This document shows positions 1 through 14,319 of a stretch of 64,000 bases of DNA, one piece after another. Location: assembly GCF_006345805.1 (NCBI RefSeq), contig NC_042999.1, forward strand, positions 142,600,001-142,664,000, written 5' to 3'. This DNA comes from Octopus sinensis. Taxonomy: Eukaryota. The translations under genes and the position numbers were made by a program. Below the pieces are notes generated by a model. It was not told the origin of the DNA and ran no database searches. It saw nothing but the letters and a program-made list of their open reading frames with translations. Each line of letters begins with the position of its first letter. Position 1 is the first letter of the stretch.

Positions 1-870
1 TAAAGCTCAGTAGACTGACATGAAATGAAGTGTTTCACTCAAGAAGACACTGCACTGTTGGTCTGGGAATCGAAAACATGATCTCACATCCCTTTGTGGT
101 TTCTAATTCATGATTTGTAAAGAAGTTTTCTGCTTAGTGTTAAATGAAGGAAATTAAATTTTTTGTTTATATTCCTACTTTTTTTCGACTTGATTATTTA
201 TTTAATATTTTATATTTATTTCATAAATTGATAAATCATATGCTTGACCTGTGTATCACATGTGGTACACAGGACATATTTCACTGGTATCCATGCATCA
301 CATATGATACACATTCCCAATATTTTCCAACCACAAGAGTAACCTGGGACTTATGAAAGAAAAGCTTTATATCACAAAGTCATGTGTCTATATATACATA
401 TAGATAGATAGATGTATATGTTTATGTATTTATGTACACACATACATACATGCATACACACAGAATAATTATTCATAAATAGGTTACAATCACTTTGATG
501 TTGGTAAACAGATCCAAAGTAGGTCTGAAGAAACAAGCACTTTACAATCTTCTGACCCATATAAATGACAAACAATTAGTTATTTAGACAGATCTGATCA
601 TTGAATTTTTATCTTTTTCAAGCCCTCTAGTGTCTGGTTTGCCCTGTGAAGCTATTGGTAAGATGCTTATGAATAATAATTGTGTTATACCTGTAATTAA
701 GTAAATATTTCACTCTTTATGTAAATAGACTTTTGTCAATACTTGCCAACTTACATAAACTCAATGAGCATACACACACACCTCTGTGTGCTTAGGCTTT
801 ATGTATCTCCATCTGTATTCATATACGTTGCTTGTATGTGCATTTGGAAGTATATATATATACATGTATG

Positions 871-981
871 AAAAATATATATAAAAATACAAAATGGGAC
901 AAGAACGCAAAACATTCAAATAGACGACACATTTGAATGTTTTGCGTTCTTGTCCCATTTTGTATTTTTATATATATTTTT
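871..981. repeat. Near-perfect hairpin (~50-bp arms, 9-nt loop); terminus of the repeat family also seen at 43490-43770
   Basis: aaaatacaaaatgggacaagaacgcaaaacattcaaat / atttgaatgttttgcgttcttgtcccattttgtatttt. Confidence 0.9.
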
Positions 982-2494
982 TATACATGAATTATTGCGG
1001 TGTAATGTACACCTTGTTCTCTTATATACATATATATATAAGTGCATATATTTATATGCATACATTTGTATATATGTGTACATAAGATAATGACTATGGA
1101 TATATGTGTGTCTGTATATGTAAATGTCTTTAAATGTAGATGTATTTTCTCTCTCTCTTTCTCTCACTCTCACTCCTCGTGTGTATAAGTCTGTGTGTCT
1201 CTACAGCATTTCCTTGTCATCATTTCCCAATTTTCTGAGAACATGCCGGTATTCCTTTTACCTTCTCCTTTGTCCCTTCCTTCCACCTCCTTCTTTCCCC
1301 TTCTCATTAATTTTAATTCATTTATCTTTCAACACCAATCAACATTTCTTTTCCCCCAGATGAAGGGTTTTTATTCAAAACAAGACTTCTTTCCTTCCTC
1401 ATGAATCAAAATTGATTCCATTTGTATCATCTGAGAAACTGTTAAGAGGAAAGTCGAATGATCTTGGGATGTTGATGTTGATTAAAAGGATGCCTATTGT
1501 ATTTTATTAATTGATTAATATACCCTATAGTATCGTATGTCATTGATATTTCTCTACCAACCTGTTTCTGTCAAGGAGTTATAACCCCCAAATTGTTTCA
1601 GAGTAAAGAGAAAAACTTTCCTATTTCATCACTGGTTTATTCATATGCACTGTAGGATATTGTGTAATTTAAACTCACATAAAAATTATATGTGTTTTCT
1701 GCCATATATTGTACTTTTATGCTCGAAGCTCATGTAAAAGTGATATATATTTCCTGTCTTAGTACTTCTATGCATGGTATGCACATGGTGGTCTGTGTTT
1801 TTAAGTCTCTGTCCATGTGAGTTTTCACATATGTGTGTGTATATGTCAGTATATGAAGGCATGGTGGGTGTTATGCATACTGTGGTTTTATATTTATCTT
1901 CCTCTTCATCTTCATTCTCTCCATCATAATAGTTTTAATGTCTACTTTTCTATATTTACTTGGGTTATATGAAATCCATATTTTCCCTTAATCTGGACTT
2001 GTTTTCACAAAAGATTGCAAATAAATGATGCTGCTTGTATGAGGCTGATGTGTTTACAATTACTGTGCAGTGTCAAGACAAGGAGACACGCACGCACACA
2101 CACACACACACACCACACACTCTTCATTATGATATCTTGATTATTTATATAATTATACTAGACAACCTGTGACCTGTTGGGTCACCAATAGCTCAAGGTA
2201 TCTAAAAAAACCATGTATCTTGGGAACCCGTCTGATTCACACATCACTTGTTTCATTCCATTTGTATTCACATTTCATTGATACCTTACTTTCAGAGTAT
2301 TTTTCCATTATGTGCCTGTTTGGCTATTTATAAAGGTACTCAAAAAGACTACATATTTCAGGAACTCATGATCTGATTTATGCAAAACTCGTCTCATTCT
2401 GTTTGTATTCTCATTTCAGGGGCACCTTACTTTCAGAATATTTTTCCATTATGTGCCGGTTTGGCTGTATTAAATTACACACAAGCATGCAGAC

Positions 2495-2810
2495 AAAACT
2501 ATCCAGGTAGAAAGCACCATGCAAATGTGGCCGATGCCAGCGCTGGCTTGACTAGCATCTGTGCCAGTGGCACATAAAAAGCACCAACCGATCGTGGCTA
2601 CTGCCAGCCTACCCACCCCTTGTGCCGGTGGAACGTAAAATGCACCCACTATACTCACAGAGTGGTTGGCATTAGGAAGGGCATCCAGCTGTAGAAACAC
2701 TACCCGATCAGACTGGAGCCTGGTGCAGCCTCCTGGCTTCCCAGACCCCAGTCGACCCATCCAACCCATGCTAGCAGGGGAAATGGACGTTAAATGATGA
2801 TGATGATGAT
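2495..2810 (+). mobile_element. SINE-like family A (internal gtgccggtggcacgtaaaaagcacc repeats, (GAT)n tail)
   Basis: Shared 3' end ...ggagtggttggcgttaggaagggcatccagc...ccaacccatgctagcatggaaagcggacgttaaacgatgatg recurs at >=7 sites in the window. Confidence 0.85.
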
Positions 2811-3097
2811 ACAGTTGACTCAGGGATATAATAGAAGACAATTGTCCATCATGTCAAACAAATGGACTGAACTTGAAAAAATTTGGTTCTGAAGTGAACT
2901 AAACAGCCATGCTTCTACCTATTATTTGAGTATTTATTTATTATTATGGTTATGGCACAGAATAATAAATTCCATTTCCCGAATAAGTTTCAAAAACATG
3001 TAGGATTTGCATTCAATGAGTTGTGTAGCAACATATGGGTGTGCATTCATGGAAAGAAAAGAATACTTAGAATGTGGTATATATATATATATGATGA

Positions 3098-3139
<42 letters not shown>

Positions 3140-3181
3140 ATGATATATATATATATATAGATATATATATGTCATCATATA

Positions 3182-3215
<34 letters not shown>

Positions 3216-3599
3216 CATCATATATATATATATATATGATGGACTCTCCTGTCAAAGATGATGCATGAGTGCTTAGCAAGAAAAACAGAATGAAAGATGA
3301 AAACTTCCAACCTAATAGACAATCAACAACACACTCACACTACTATTACTACCATTTACCAATGTTTATGATTCATTTACTACACCTGGTGACTTCTCAT
3401 GTGATAGACCCATCAACTGTGTATATAAGTGTATATATAAAAGATAAAAAATGACATGCTGTATAACCGAACCAAGTGAAACTGAGTTTATAGAATGAGG
3501 TATATTTTGAAAAATCACCTGACAAGACACATCTGTACTGAAAAATGCACTATAACCATACATACATACATACATACATACATACATACATACATACAT

Positions 3600-3661
<62 letters not shown>

Positions 3662-3974
3662 CTTGAATGTGTTGTATCCAGGTATAAGTGGCCTATCTGG
3701 TGTGTGTTGAAGAAATTTGTCCAAGATTCCATTTAAAGGTGATGGGATATTTTTCCTCTTTGATTTGTTTTGGGACAATGTTAAATAGGGCATACATATA
3801 TGTATGTATGTATGCATGTATGTATGTATGTATGTATGTATGTATGTATGTATGTATGTATGTATGTATGAATGTATGTATGTATGTATGTATGTATGTA
3901 TACACACACATACACATATGCATATATACATACATACATGTTTGTATATATGTATAAAAAAAAACAAAAAAAAC

Positions 3975-4258
3975 ATTCGAGCAAGGTTGTTGCCAGTGCC
4001 ACTGGACTGGCTCTTGTACAGGTGGCACGTAAAAAACAGCATTTGAACATGACCATTGCCAGTACCGCCTGACTGGCCCTTGTGCCAGTGGCACGTAAAA
4101 GCACCCACTACACTCTCGGAGTGGTAGGCGTTAGGAAGGGCATCCAGCTGTAGAAACTCTGCCAGATCAAAATTGGAGCCTGGTTTGCCAGTCCTCAGTC
4201 AAATCGTCCAACCCATGCTAGAATGGAAAGCGGATGTTAAACAATTATGATGATGATG
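3975..4258 (+). mobile_element. SINE-like family A copy
   Basis: Same body and (GAT)n tail as 2495-2810. Confidence 0.85.
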
Positions 4259-4804
4259 TATGCATGTATATATCTATGTATTTATTATGCTGCTTATGGA
4301 GATTAATATAATGTCAGCAATATGATACAGGTATGCATATGTAATGCATTGGTAATATTGCGGTTTTTATTTGTTGATGGAGAATATCAATGAACCTTGA
4401 AACACCAGGGCAATTTCTATGTAATTGGAACCGTGCAGTACTGCAATAGCTGAATCTCTTTTAATCAACATTTAAATCACATGTTTCAAGACAGCACCAC
4501 CAACATCACCACCACCACCACCACCACCACCAAAATCGTGACGAATTGACAAGTGCTGATATTAATGAAAGGCAAATAAAGTCAATCAGTGGAATTTGCA
4601 TCTGTCTTCATCCATACATGTCATATGACCGTACTCTCTGGCCCACTCCTATATTCTTTATCATTTCCCAAACTGAGATTCTTCACTGTCCACATCCCCA
4701 GCCATGTTCACTATTCACTATATTCACTTCTATCCTCATTTCTGGCATTTCAAACTCCTGTCAACTTACCCACCCAGCTATTTTCAATTCTCTGTCTCTA
4801 ATCA

Positions 4805-6095
4805 ACTGCTGTAATCAACTCATCGAGTTTCTTGAGGATGTTACCCAAATCACTGATCGCGGATCCTGGGTGGATGTTGTTTACCTGGACTTTGCTAAGG
4901 CTTTTAACTTTGTGCCACACAAAAGACTTATGGTGAAGCTTTCTGCGTTGGGTGTAAGAGACGAACTCTATAACTGGTTAAAGTCCTTTATTTTCAGCCG
5001 AAAAGAGGTTGTCACAGTTCTAGGACAGCACTCTTCGCCCTATGAGATGACATCTGGTGTGCCGCAGGGATCTGTTCTTGGCCCCCTTTTATTTGTTGCA
5101 TATGTTAATGACATAGATGCCAACTTAAAGAATGCCACAGTGCTGAAATATGCAGATGACATCAAGCTGTACCTCGAAATAAAGAGGTCAAATCCTATAC
5201 ACTATGGATCTCTATTGCAAGCAGACCTGGACACAATGCAGCAGTGGATCATGGACTGGCAACTCAAGCTGGCTGTGGACAAATGTACCACCATGCATTT
5301 TGGGAGGAGAAACCCAGCGTCCACCTACTCCCTCCACAACACTAGTCTCAAAAAGTCTTCAAGTGAACGTGACCTGGGTGTTATTGTCGACAGTGATTTG
5401 CGTTGGACAAAACACATCGCCAAAATTGTCAAGAAGGCTGAGGGTGTCTTGGCATCACTCACCAAATCCTTTGTGAGCCGCTCTCCGGCTATCTATCTGC
5501 AGCTTTATATAGCTATGGTAAGACCTCACCTGGAATTTGCATCACCGGTCTGGAACCCCTATCTTGCCCAGGACATCAATCATCTGGAAGCTGTTCAGCG
5601 ACGTGCAACCAAAAGAATACCCTCCATCAGGCATTTGCCATATCCTGAACGCCTTACTTCCCTGGGCATGGACACATTGAAACTCCGACGTCTGGCAGCT
5701 GACCTGGCAGACACCCATAAAATTATCAACCATCGCACAAACAATAACACTGAGCACCTCTTCAAACTCCACCCATCTAACACCCGTGGACATATTTACA
5801 AAGTAAGAAAACAGCACAGCTCCCATGACTTCAGGAAACATTTTTTCATGCTGAGAGTTGCTGAAGTGTGGAACAAACTGCCAGCATCGGTTGTTAGTTG
5901 TCGGAGCACTGCATCCTTCAAGACTTCCATGCTTCCTGAGATTCGCCAACACTACACTTGATTTTCTCCCCTCCGTACACACACAAGCATGTTCACTTTC
6001 CAGACATTTCTACATTACTGCATGTACTTTATATGCACTTTCTGACAAGTTGTGGTGCACCTGAGCACTGTATACAATAATTTCATTATTATTAT
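4805..6095 (+). mobile_element. 5'-truncated CR1/L2-clade LINE; uninterrupted reverse transcriptase C-terminal frame (within ORF 4546-5961)
   Basis: VYLDFAKAF, SGVPQGSVLGPLLF, YADD, ERDLGV, VRPHLEFASPVWNP, LEAVQRRATK motifs; 3' UTR ends gtgcacctgagcactgta + (ATT)n. Confidence 0.95.
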
Positions 6096-6649
6096 TTTTA
6101 TTCTCTCTTTGTCCACCTTCTTGTGCTTTGAGGGTGTGTCCTGTCACCTCATCTCTACAATCTTTTCTCCATTTTCTCTTTGTGGTAGCCATTTATCTCC
6201 TTCCCCTCTATAGTAAAGCACCTGTTGCTATCCCTCTATCATAATTCAGCCTCTCAACACATGGCACAAAGCCACCTTCCTCAATGCTGCACCCCAACTA
6301 CTGTCAAGGGGTTTTGTCATGCAAGTTACTTGATGATCTCAATAGTGGTGGTTGCTATGAACAAAGCATCCAGTCAGCACACACTGTAAAGTGGTTAGGG
6401 TTAGAAAGAGCACCCAGCTATAGAAACCATGCCAAAAGAGAGAAAGAGAGAGAGGGCAGAGGAGAGAGAGAGAGAGAGGATAGCAGATAGAGAGAGGGAG
6501 GATAGAAAGAGAGAGAGAAGATAGATAGAGGGAGGATAGAGACAGGGAGGATAGAAAGAGAGAGGATAAATAGAGGGCGGATAGAGATAGGGAAGATAGA
6601 AAAAAGAAGAGAGAGAAGTGAAAGCAGAAGAGTGGAAGAAATAACACTG

Positions 6650-6860
6650 TAATGGGTCTTGGATTTAAAGATTTTCAATAAGTGAAGTTTTATTGATTAG
6701 ATCAATAGCTTTCTTCTGAATGCTGTCTAGAATGTAAGTAATCAGGTATAGATGCAGAACAGTACAATAGGGTCTTGTGCAGTCAACACATATCCAACTA
6801 GAGTAAGTATATTTTGGTTCTGCAAGCCAAACATCAACATCAGCTTTGATACTGTTACTT
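6650..6860 (-). mobile_element. Decayed LINE RT C-terminal remnant
   Basis: Minus-strand translation ...YSSWI...LDSIQKKAIDLI resembles the LINE 'YCSxVW...LdxvQrrA.rli' region. Confidence 0.45.
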
Positions 6861-7347
6861 GGGTGTAATGACAGATGCATACTTATACACAGATTTAGGC
6901 TTTCACCTAAATACCATATAGTCTATGATAAACTTTGTTGTGTACATACATGTCTATGTGTGTGTATATAGTTTATTTAAGATGCTCCAGTGGTATGCTG
7001 CTCTGGAGTTTCCAAGGTGTGCAACAACTTCTTTAGACAAGATAGAAATAAGTGAATATTGGCAGTGCAACCCTTTCCATGCTCTGTCATGTAGATTTTC
7101 ATTGTTTTACATCTGTTTTTCTATATCAGTATGGGTTAGACAAACATATTATCAAGGTATTACTTCTTATTGCTTTTTATGTTTTTCCATTAAGGGCTCT
7201 CTTATTTCACACAGCTTCAAAGGCATAATGCAAACAGAAGATTTGTTGACCAGATTAATGAGAACTGTGTTATCTTTTATAGCATGTGATATTTAGGGAA
7301 TACATAAACAAACAAATGGAAACACAGGTACTAACATGCATATATGT

Positions 7348-7564
7348 ATATACAAAGTCAGAAAACAACACAGCTCCCATGACTTTCGGAAACATTTTTT
7401 CACGCTCAGAGTTGCTGAAGCATGGAATAAACTGCCTGCGTCAGTTGTTGACTGCCATGACACTGCATCCTTTAAGGCCCTCATGCTTCCCGAAATCCGC
7501 CGAAACTACATGTGATTATATATACACTTTAGATGAGTTGTAGTGCACCTGAGCACTGTACACA

Positions 7565-7600
<36 letters not shown>
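7348..7600 (+). mobile_element. CR1/L2-clade LINE 3' fragment
   Basis: Nearly identical to 10211-10440; YKVRKQHSSHDFRKHFF; (TAT)n tail. Confidence 0.9.
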
Positions 7601-7608
<8 letters not shown>

Positions 7609-7659
7609 CATCATCATCATCATTTAATGTCCATTGTCTATGGTGGCATGGGTTGGCTG

Positions 7660-7696
<37 letters not shown>

Positions 7697-8582
7697 TATG
7701 TATGTGTATATATATATATATATATATATGTTAGAAGGTTTGGAGGAGATATACAGGTATTATATATTAGGAGAAATAAGGTACTCAGAAATCTGGATGG
7801 CTTTATATTTACAGATATTTATTAATATGTCACAGGTTTTATGAATCATATATTAGCGCTTATATCTGCTCTAGTAGACTCTTCAGAGTCTACTAGAGTA
7901 GATGCAAGTGTGTATATATAAATATATATATATATGTGTATATATATAAAGCATTGGTTAGTCTGAGGCTATATAGAAGTTACTTGTCCAAGATGCTATG
8001 CAGTAGGACTGAACTTAAAACCATGTGGGTGGAAAGCAAACCTCTTAATCAAACAGTCATGCTTATGTAAATGAAAGAATCTAGTCTCTCCCTACCTATA
8101 CTCCCCTCTCTCTCTCACATACACATACACACACACACACACGTGTGTACATGCGCATAAGGGAACATGTCCTCTGTAATTCAATGTCATTTTTGTGAAA
8201 TGCAAGAACAAAGAAAATAACTTGTCTTAGTTCTCTTTATGCTTTATTTTTTACTTTCATTCCTTCTGTTTACCATTCAAATAACTTTTAATCGACTTTC
8301 ATATCAACTTCATCCAATTTCATCATTCTTCCCCTACTGCCATCGACACCATACACCAGACCCACCTTCACCACCCCTCACAGTATGCCACAGCCACTGC
8401 ATCCTCCCATCCTCCATCACAACTAAACATTCTATCTCTTACTACAACTATTTACTCACCCTCTCACCATAACCAATAACTCCAACCGCCAAAATAATTT
8501 ACTTCAATATGATCTTCCTAAACCCCGTCTCAGAACAAATAATAAATGGATGACCCAAATATAACATTCTTCAGGTGGCATT

Positions 8583-9212
8583 AAGGCGGCGAGCTGGCAG
8601 AAATGTTAGCATGCCGGGCGAAATGCGTGGCCGTATTTCGTCTGCTGTTACGTTCTGAGTTCAAATTCCGCCGAGGTCAACTTTGCTTTTCATCCTTTTG
8701 GGGTCGATAAATTAAGTACCAGTTACGCACTGGGGTCTATATAATCGACTTAATCTGCCTGTCTGTCCTTGTTTGTCTCCTCTGTGTTTAGCCCCTTGTG
8801 GGTAGTAAAGAAATAGGTATTTCTTCTGCCTTTATGTTCTGAGTTCAAATTCCACTGAGGTTGACTTTGCCTTTCATCCTTTCGAGGTTGATAACTTAAG
8901 TACCAGTTGTGTACTGGGGTTGATCTAATCGACTGCCCCCCCTCCCCTAAAATTTCGGGCCTTGTGCCTAGAGTAGAAAAGATTCCTTACTTTAAAAAGG
9001 CGATGAGCTGGCAGAATCAGTAGCATGCCAAGCGAAATGCTTAGCAGTATTTCATCTGTACATTCTGAGTTCAAATTCTACAGATGTCGACTTTGCCTTT
9101 CATCCTTTCAGGGTCAATAAATTAAATACCAGTTGCATACTGGGGTTGATCTAATCGACTGCCCCCTCCCCCCACAAAGAATTTTGGGCCTTGTGCCTAG
9201 AGTAGAACAGAT
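8583..9212 (+). mobile_element. tRNA-derived SINE family C, tandem/multimeric copies
   Basis: aggcggcgagctggcagaa head, B-box gagttcaaattcc, core gtcgactttgcctttcatcctttcggggtcgataaattaagtacca repeated three times. Confidence 0.85.
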
Positions 9213-9720
9213 TCTTCAGGTGACATTAGCAGAATAGTTAGAGTGTCACTGATTACTTTGTACTCATTATTCTGACTCATTGTACTCTAAATTCAAATCT
9301 TTCTGCAGTTACTTCTGTATTTCATCCTTTGGAGAGTCACTACAGAATGCACTACAAAGAGTCAATACAGAGAGTTCAAGTACTGGGATTGCTATCTCTC
9401 TTACTCTCTTTTTTCCGTCTGTCTGTCTTTTTAAAAAGAAATTGGAAATAGTTAGACCTGAACAGTCTCTGCCAGGTCTGAAAATGCCCAAAATATGTCT
9501 CATGTCATAATAGTGACTTCTCCAACCCCCCAAAAAGTTGAGGGTCCAAGGCATGGCAAGTCGCTACCAAACAGAGTCTAGTGCATTAAGGGTCATGTGT
9601 ATGTGTGTTCAAATTATGTTGGGAGTGTGTTGTATGTGATACATATGTTGTATATATGTAATATGTGTGTTGTGTGTGTATAGGTATATATATATATATA
9701 TTGACAAGTTTCGCTTTTTT

Positions 9721-9808
9721 CACTTTCCTGAGGAGAAGATTGCATTGTTTATACCATTTATTCTTTTGAATAGTATCAGTGGAATTTTCGAAACATGTGT
9801 CGAAAGTA
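9721..9808 (+). ncRNA. Minimal type-I hammerhead ribozyme motif in a PLE-type terminal repeat
   Basis: Stem I actttc/gaaagt, core CTGAGGA (9728), long stem II gaagatt...aattttc, GAAAC-atgt-GTC; homolog at 44273. Confidence 0.75.
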
Positions 9809-9880
9809 AAAATATTTGATTACACCTGCGTTAAACTCCATTTCTTTATTCATATATATATATATCATCATCATCATCAA

Positions 9881-10440
9881 GATTTTGTTAGCCGCTCTCC
9901 AGCCATCTATTTAAAACTATATACAGCTATGGTACGACCACACTTGGAATTCGCATCATCAGTTTGGAACCCCTATCTCGCTCAGAACATTGACCTTCTG
10001 GAATGTGTCCAGAGATGTGCAACCAAACGCATACCCTCCATCAGACACCTACCATATTCTGAGCGCCTTGTTTCCCTGGGCATGGATTCACTGAAGCTCC
10101 GGCATCTGGCGACGAACTTGGTAAACACCCACAAAGTTATCAACCACCTCACCAACAACAACACTGAACACCTTTTTGATCTCCATGTGTCTAACACACG
10201 TGGACATGCCTACAAAGTCAGAAAACAACACAGCTCCCATGACTTTCGGAAACATTTTTTCACACTCAGAGTTGCTGAAGCATGGAATAAACTGCCTGCA
10301 TCAGTTGTTGACTGCCATGACACTGCATCCTTTAAGGCTCTCATGCTTTCCGAAATCCGCCGAAACTACACCTGATTATATATACACTTTAGATGAGTTG
10401 TAGTGCACCTGAGCACTGTACACGATTATTATTATTATTC
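9881..10440 (+). mobile_element. CR1/L2-clade LINE 3' fragment (ORF 9779-10375, part)
   Basis: FVSRSPAIYLKLYTAMVRPHLEFASSVWNPY...; related to but diverged from the 4805-6095 copy. Confidence 0.92.
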
Positions 10441-10697
10441 ATTTTTCAAGCTGGCTTGGGGTGGACCAGTTGATGGGAACTGGCTAACCAGAGTGGGGCT
10501 AGCACAGAGGGATAGAGGAGCTGTACCATAGAAATGTAACAATAGTAACTTGGGTAGGTATAACTGTTGTAAGATGTCTCAGTAATATATTTTACATAAT
10601 GAAAACATTATCTGTAATAAGAACCCAATAAATGAACAGCCCAGTTAACTGTGAAACTCAGAGCAGACTGTTAACTTTCACATACACACACACACAC

Positions 10698-10760
<63 letters not shown>

Positions 10761-11094
10761 AAGAGAAAGGTGTATGTATATACAAAAGAGAGAGATGCAT
10801 AAAAAAGAAATTCTGGCATTATGTAAAGGTGCATGTGTCTGTGGAATACTCAGTCACTGCTACAATATTATACAATGAGAAGGTAGTTTATTTCATCAAA
10901 CAACTGGAATACTCTTGATTAAAACCACAGGAGTATCCATTTAACTATTTAAAATCATACACACATACACACACATAACGATAATGAGTATGTGCATGCG
11001 TGTGTGTGTGTGTGGTGTGTGTGTGTGTGTGCGTGAGTGTGTGTGTGTTATATGTCTAGACGTGTACAACATATATAATCATGCACTTTTAATT

Positions 11095-11300
11095 ATACTT
11101 TTACTTGTTTCACTCATGGGACAGTGGCCATACTGATGCATTGCCTTGAAGAGTTTAGTAAAAACAAATCAACCCCGGTTATTTTTTGTTTTGAGTCTGC
11201 GATTTCCCTCACTAGTCTCTGTTGCTGAACTTCTAAGTTACCAGGATGTAAACAAACCAGCACAAGTTGTCAAGTGGTGCTGGGACAAACAGAAACACAT
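11095..11300 (-). mobile_element. SINE family B 3' half, decayed
   Basis: ttttacttgtttca...ctaagttaccaggatgtaaac matches the family B reverse complement. Confidence 0.7.
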
Positions 11301-11686
11301 ACACATATTTACATATATACATGCATACCTACGTACGTACGTACGTAAGTATGTACGTACGTACCTACCTACCTACCTACCTACCTACGTACGTACCTAC
11401 CTACCTACCTACCTACCTACCTACCTATCTACCTACCTACCTACCTCACTACCTACCTACATAACTACCTACCTACATACGTACCTACATACGTACCTAC
11501 GTACCTACCTACATACCTACCTACATACATACATACACTCATACATACATACATACACATACATAGATACATACATAGATACATACATACATACATACAT
11601 GCATATGTACATACATGTTTATCAATTGCGTAGGTTTACAAATACACACACACACGCACATGCATCCACACACATATATACACATA

Positions 11687-11794
11687 CAAATGTGGCCAAA
11701 AGTTTGAAACATAGCTCTGAAAATCAGAATTTTTATATTAAATTCCCAAAAATATATACTGTATTTATTTGAATCAAACTTTTGGCCACGACTA
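11687..11794. mobile_element. Tiny Tc1-type MITE
   Basis: TIRs gtggccaaaagtttga / tcaaacttttggccac, flanked by TA. Confidence 0.7.
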
Positions 11795-12051
11795 TATATA
11801 TATATAAATATATATACATATAAGGCTTCAACAAAAAATCTCCAGATATGTTCTTGACTCCCAGACAGAAGAAGATAAGCTATTTTTACTTTAAATTTTT
11901 ATAAATTTCTACTCGTATTTGATAAGTTGAAATTCATCAAAAACGGTAATATTTTCCTAATATAATTTTATATAACTTTTTAATTCATTTTTATCAAATT
12001 CCCTCTTAAATTGAAATGTCTAAGACTTACTTCTGTGCTATTTCCACCTCC

Positions 12052-12091
<40 letters not shown>

Positions 12092-12237
12092 CCAGAGTAA
12101 GCAGATAAATGTGAAACAAAACTGTTCAACAAACAGGAATGTGAAACTCTGAGTAACAGTTTTTGTGATATTTTTGCTGCTTTTTAATAAAGTATATATA
12201 TATATATATGGCATGTAAAAAGTATATATATATATAT

Positions 12238-12632
12238 GGCACGTAAAAAGCACCATCCGTTCGTGGCCATTGCCAGCCTCGCCTGGCCCCCGTGCCGATG
12301 GCATGTAAAAAGCGCCATCCTTTCGTGGCCGTTGCTAGCCTCGCCTGGCCCCCGTGCCGATGGCACGTAAAAAGCGCCATCCTTTCGTGGCCGTTGCCAG
12401 CCTCGCCTGGCCCCCGTGCCGATTGTGGCCGTTTGCCAGACTCGTCTGGCACGTAAAAAGCACCCACTACACTCATGGAGTGGTTGGCGTTAGGAAGGGC
12501 ATCCAGCCGTAGAAGCATTGCCAGATCAAACTGGGCCTGGTGCAGCCTTCTGGCTTCCCAGACCCCAGTTGAACCGTCCAACCCATGCTAGCATGGAAAG
12601 CGGATGCTAAACGATGATGATGATGATGATGA
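12238..12632 (+). mobile_element. SINE-like family A, young copy with three tandem ~62-bp internal units
   Basis: ggcacgtaaaaagcgccatcctttcgtggccgttgccagcctcgcctggcccccgtgccgat x3; CpG-rich; (GAT)n tail. Confidence 0.9.
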
Positions 12633-12699
12633 TATATATATATAATATATATATATATATAATATATATATATATATAATATATATATATATACATATG

Positions 12700-12764
<65 letters not shown>

Positions 12765-13219
12765 CATGTGTGTGTATATATATATATATACTCATATAGA
12801 CATACACACATATATGATGGGCTTCCACACAGCTTCTGTCTATCAGGTTCACACAAGGCACTGGTGGACCCAGGGCCATAGCGGAACACATTCATCCAAG
12901 GTGCAGCATAGTGAGACTGAACCCAAAACCACATGCTTGGGAAGCAAACTTCTTAACCACTCGACAACCATGCCAGCTCCTGTATGTGTATATTCATGCA
13001 TGTTTGCATGAAAGTCATGAACAATGTGTGTGTATGTGCACAACTGTGTATGCGTGAAAATGTGTATGTGTGATATTCTATGTAAGTGTATCTAGTAACA
13101 TACATAAAATGAATATAAGTGAAATTGTTTACATGCGGGAGTGCTTTTGTATATTCATTTGATTGTGTGTTTTGTATTTGATATGTATGTGTGTATATAT
13201 ATATAAAGGGAAAGTTTAC

Positions 13220-13416
13220 GAAAATAAACAAAAGACGAAGGCAGGTGGAGTACAAACAAACAAATGTATTAGTATAGCGCTCAGGAATAGAAAAAGTCTT
13301 TTACGTCTTGCGCCTATGCTCTTCGACAGAAAGATACACAGAAAAAAACAAGGAGAGAAACAAGGAGAGAAAAAGGGAGAGAAAAAAGGAGAGAAAAAAT
13401 TGCGTGTAGGAGCTAA

Positions 13417-13420
<4 letters not shown>
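13220..13420 (-). mobile_element. PLE-type terminal-repeat fragment with degenerate hammerhead
   Basis: Minus strand ctgtcgaagagcataggcgcaagacgta; shares cctgagcg..aata with 25950-26160 and 27704-27802. Confidence 0.5.
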
Positions 13421-13456
<36 letters not shown>

Positions 13457-13569
13457 CTTTATATAAATATATCATCATCGTTTAACATCCGCTTATATAT
13501 ATATATATAAGTAGAGATAGATACATGTGTATGTATGTGTGAAATGTGTTGATGAAGCTTTTATTGTTT

Positions 13570-13807
13570 ACCTTTTACTTGTTTCAGTCAAGAGACCATG
13601 GCCATGCTGGGGCACTGCCTTGAAGAATTTTTAGTTGAATGAATTGACCCCGGTACTTTTTTTTTCTATGTGAAGCCTAGTACTTATTCTATCAGTTTCT
13701 TTTGTCAAACCACTAAGTTACAGGGACATGAACACGCCAACACCTGTTGCCAAGTAGTGGAGGTTGAAAACACATAGACACAAACACACACATGCACAAA
13801 ATTACAC

Positions 13808-13903
<96 letters not shown>

Positions 13904-14068
13904 ACACACAATGGGCTTCCTTCAGTTCCCGTCTATCAAATCCGTCAACAAGTCTTTGGTTGGCCCAAGGCTGTAGTAGAAGACACTTGCCCAAGGTGTC
14001 ACACAGTGGAACTGAACCTGGAATCACTGGTTGGGAAGCAAGCTTTTTCCCATACAGCCATGTCTGTG
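13570..14068 (-). mobile_element. tRNA-derived SINE family B, full length with central (CA)n
   Basis: Reverse complement of the 31707-32063 and 35692-36140 family. Confidence 0.85.
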
Positions 14069-14319
14069 CATATATACATACATATATACATACATATATG
14101 GATACATATATATATCTAAATATGCAATCAAAGTTTATGTTGCGTAGGTGTTGCTATTTATATTTCTGTAATTATACCAGGCGTCTATTACTGTTTAATG
14201 TGGGTATCTTAGGAGATATCTGAGCAGATATGTGTTCATCAGTGGTGACTAAGTGAAGACAGAGGCCTTGGATCTAACTGTATAGGTGTTCATGTTTTTT
14301 ATCGGTTTTTATTGTTTCT

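Noticed and set aside
1340-1480. Plus-strand acceptor-like ttcttttcccccag as a coding exon start
   Set aside because: All frames close quickly and no convincing donor follows.
4546-4804. N-terminal part of the 471-aa ORF as real protein
   Set aside because: Starts at TTG with no RT/APE similarity; chance read-through from flanking DNA into a truncated LINE.
12238-12430. Regularly spaced repeats resembling a CRISPR array
   Set aside because: Whole units repeat with no unique spacers; internal to a SINE-like element; eukaryotic context and no cas genes.
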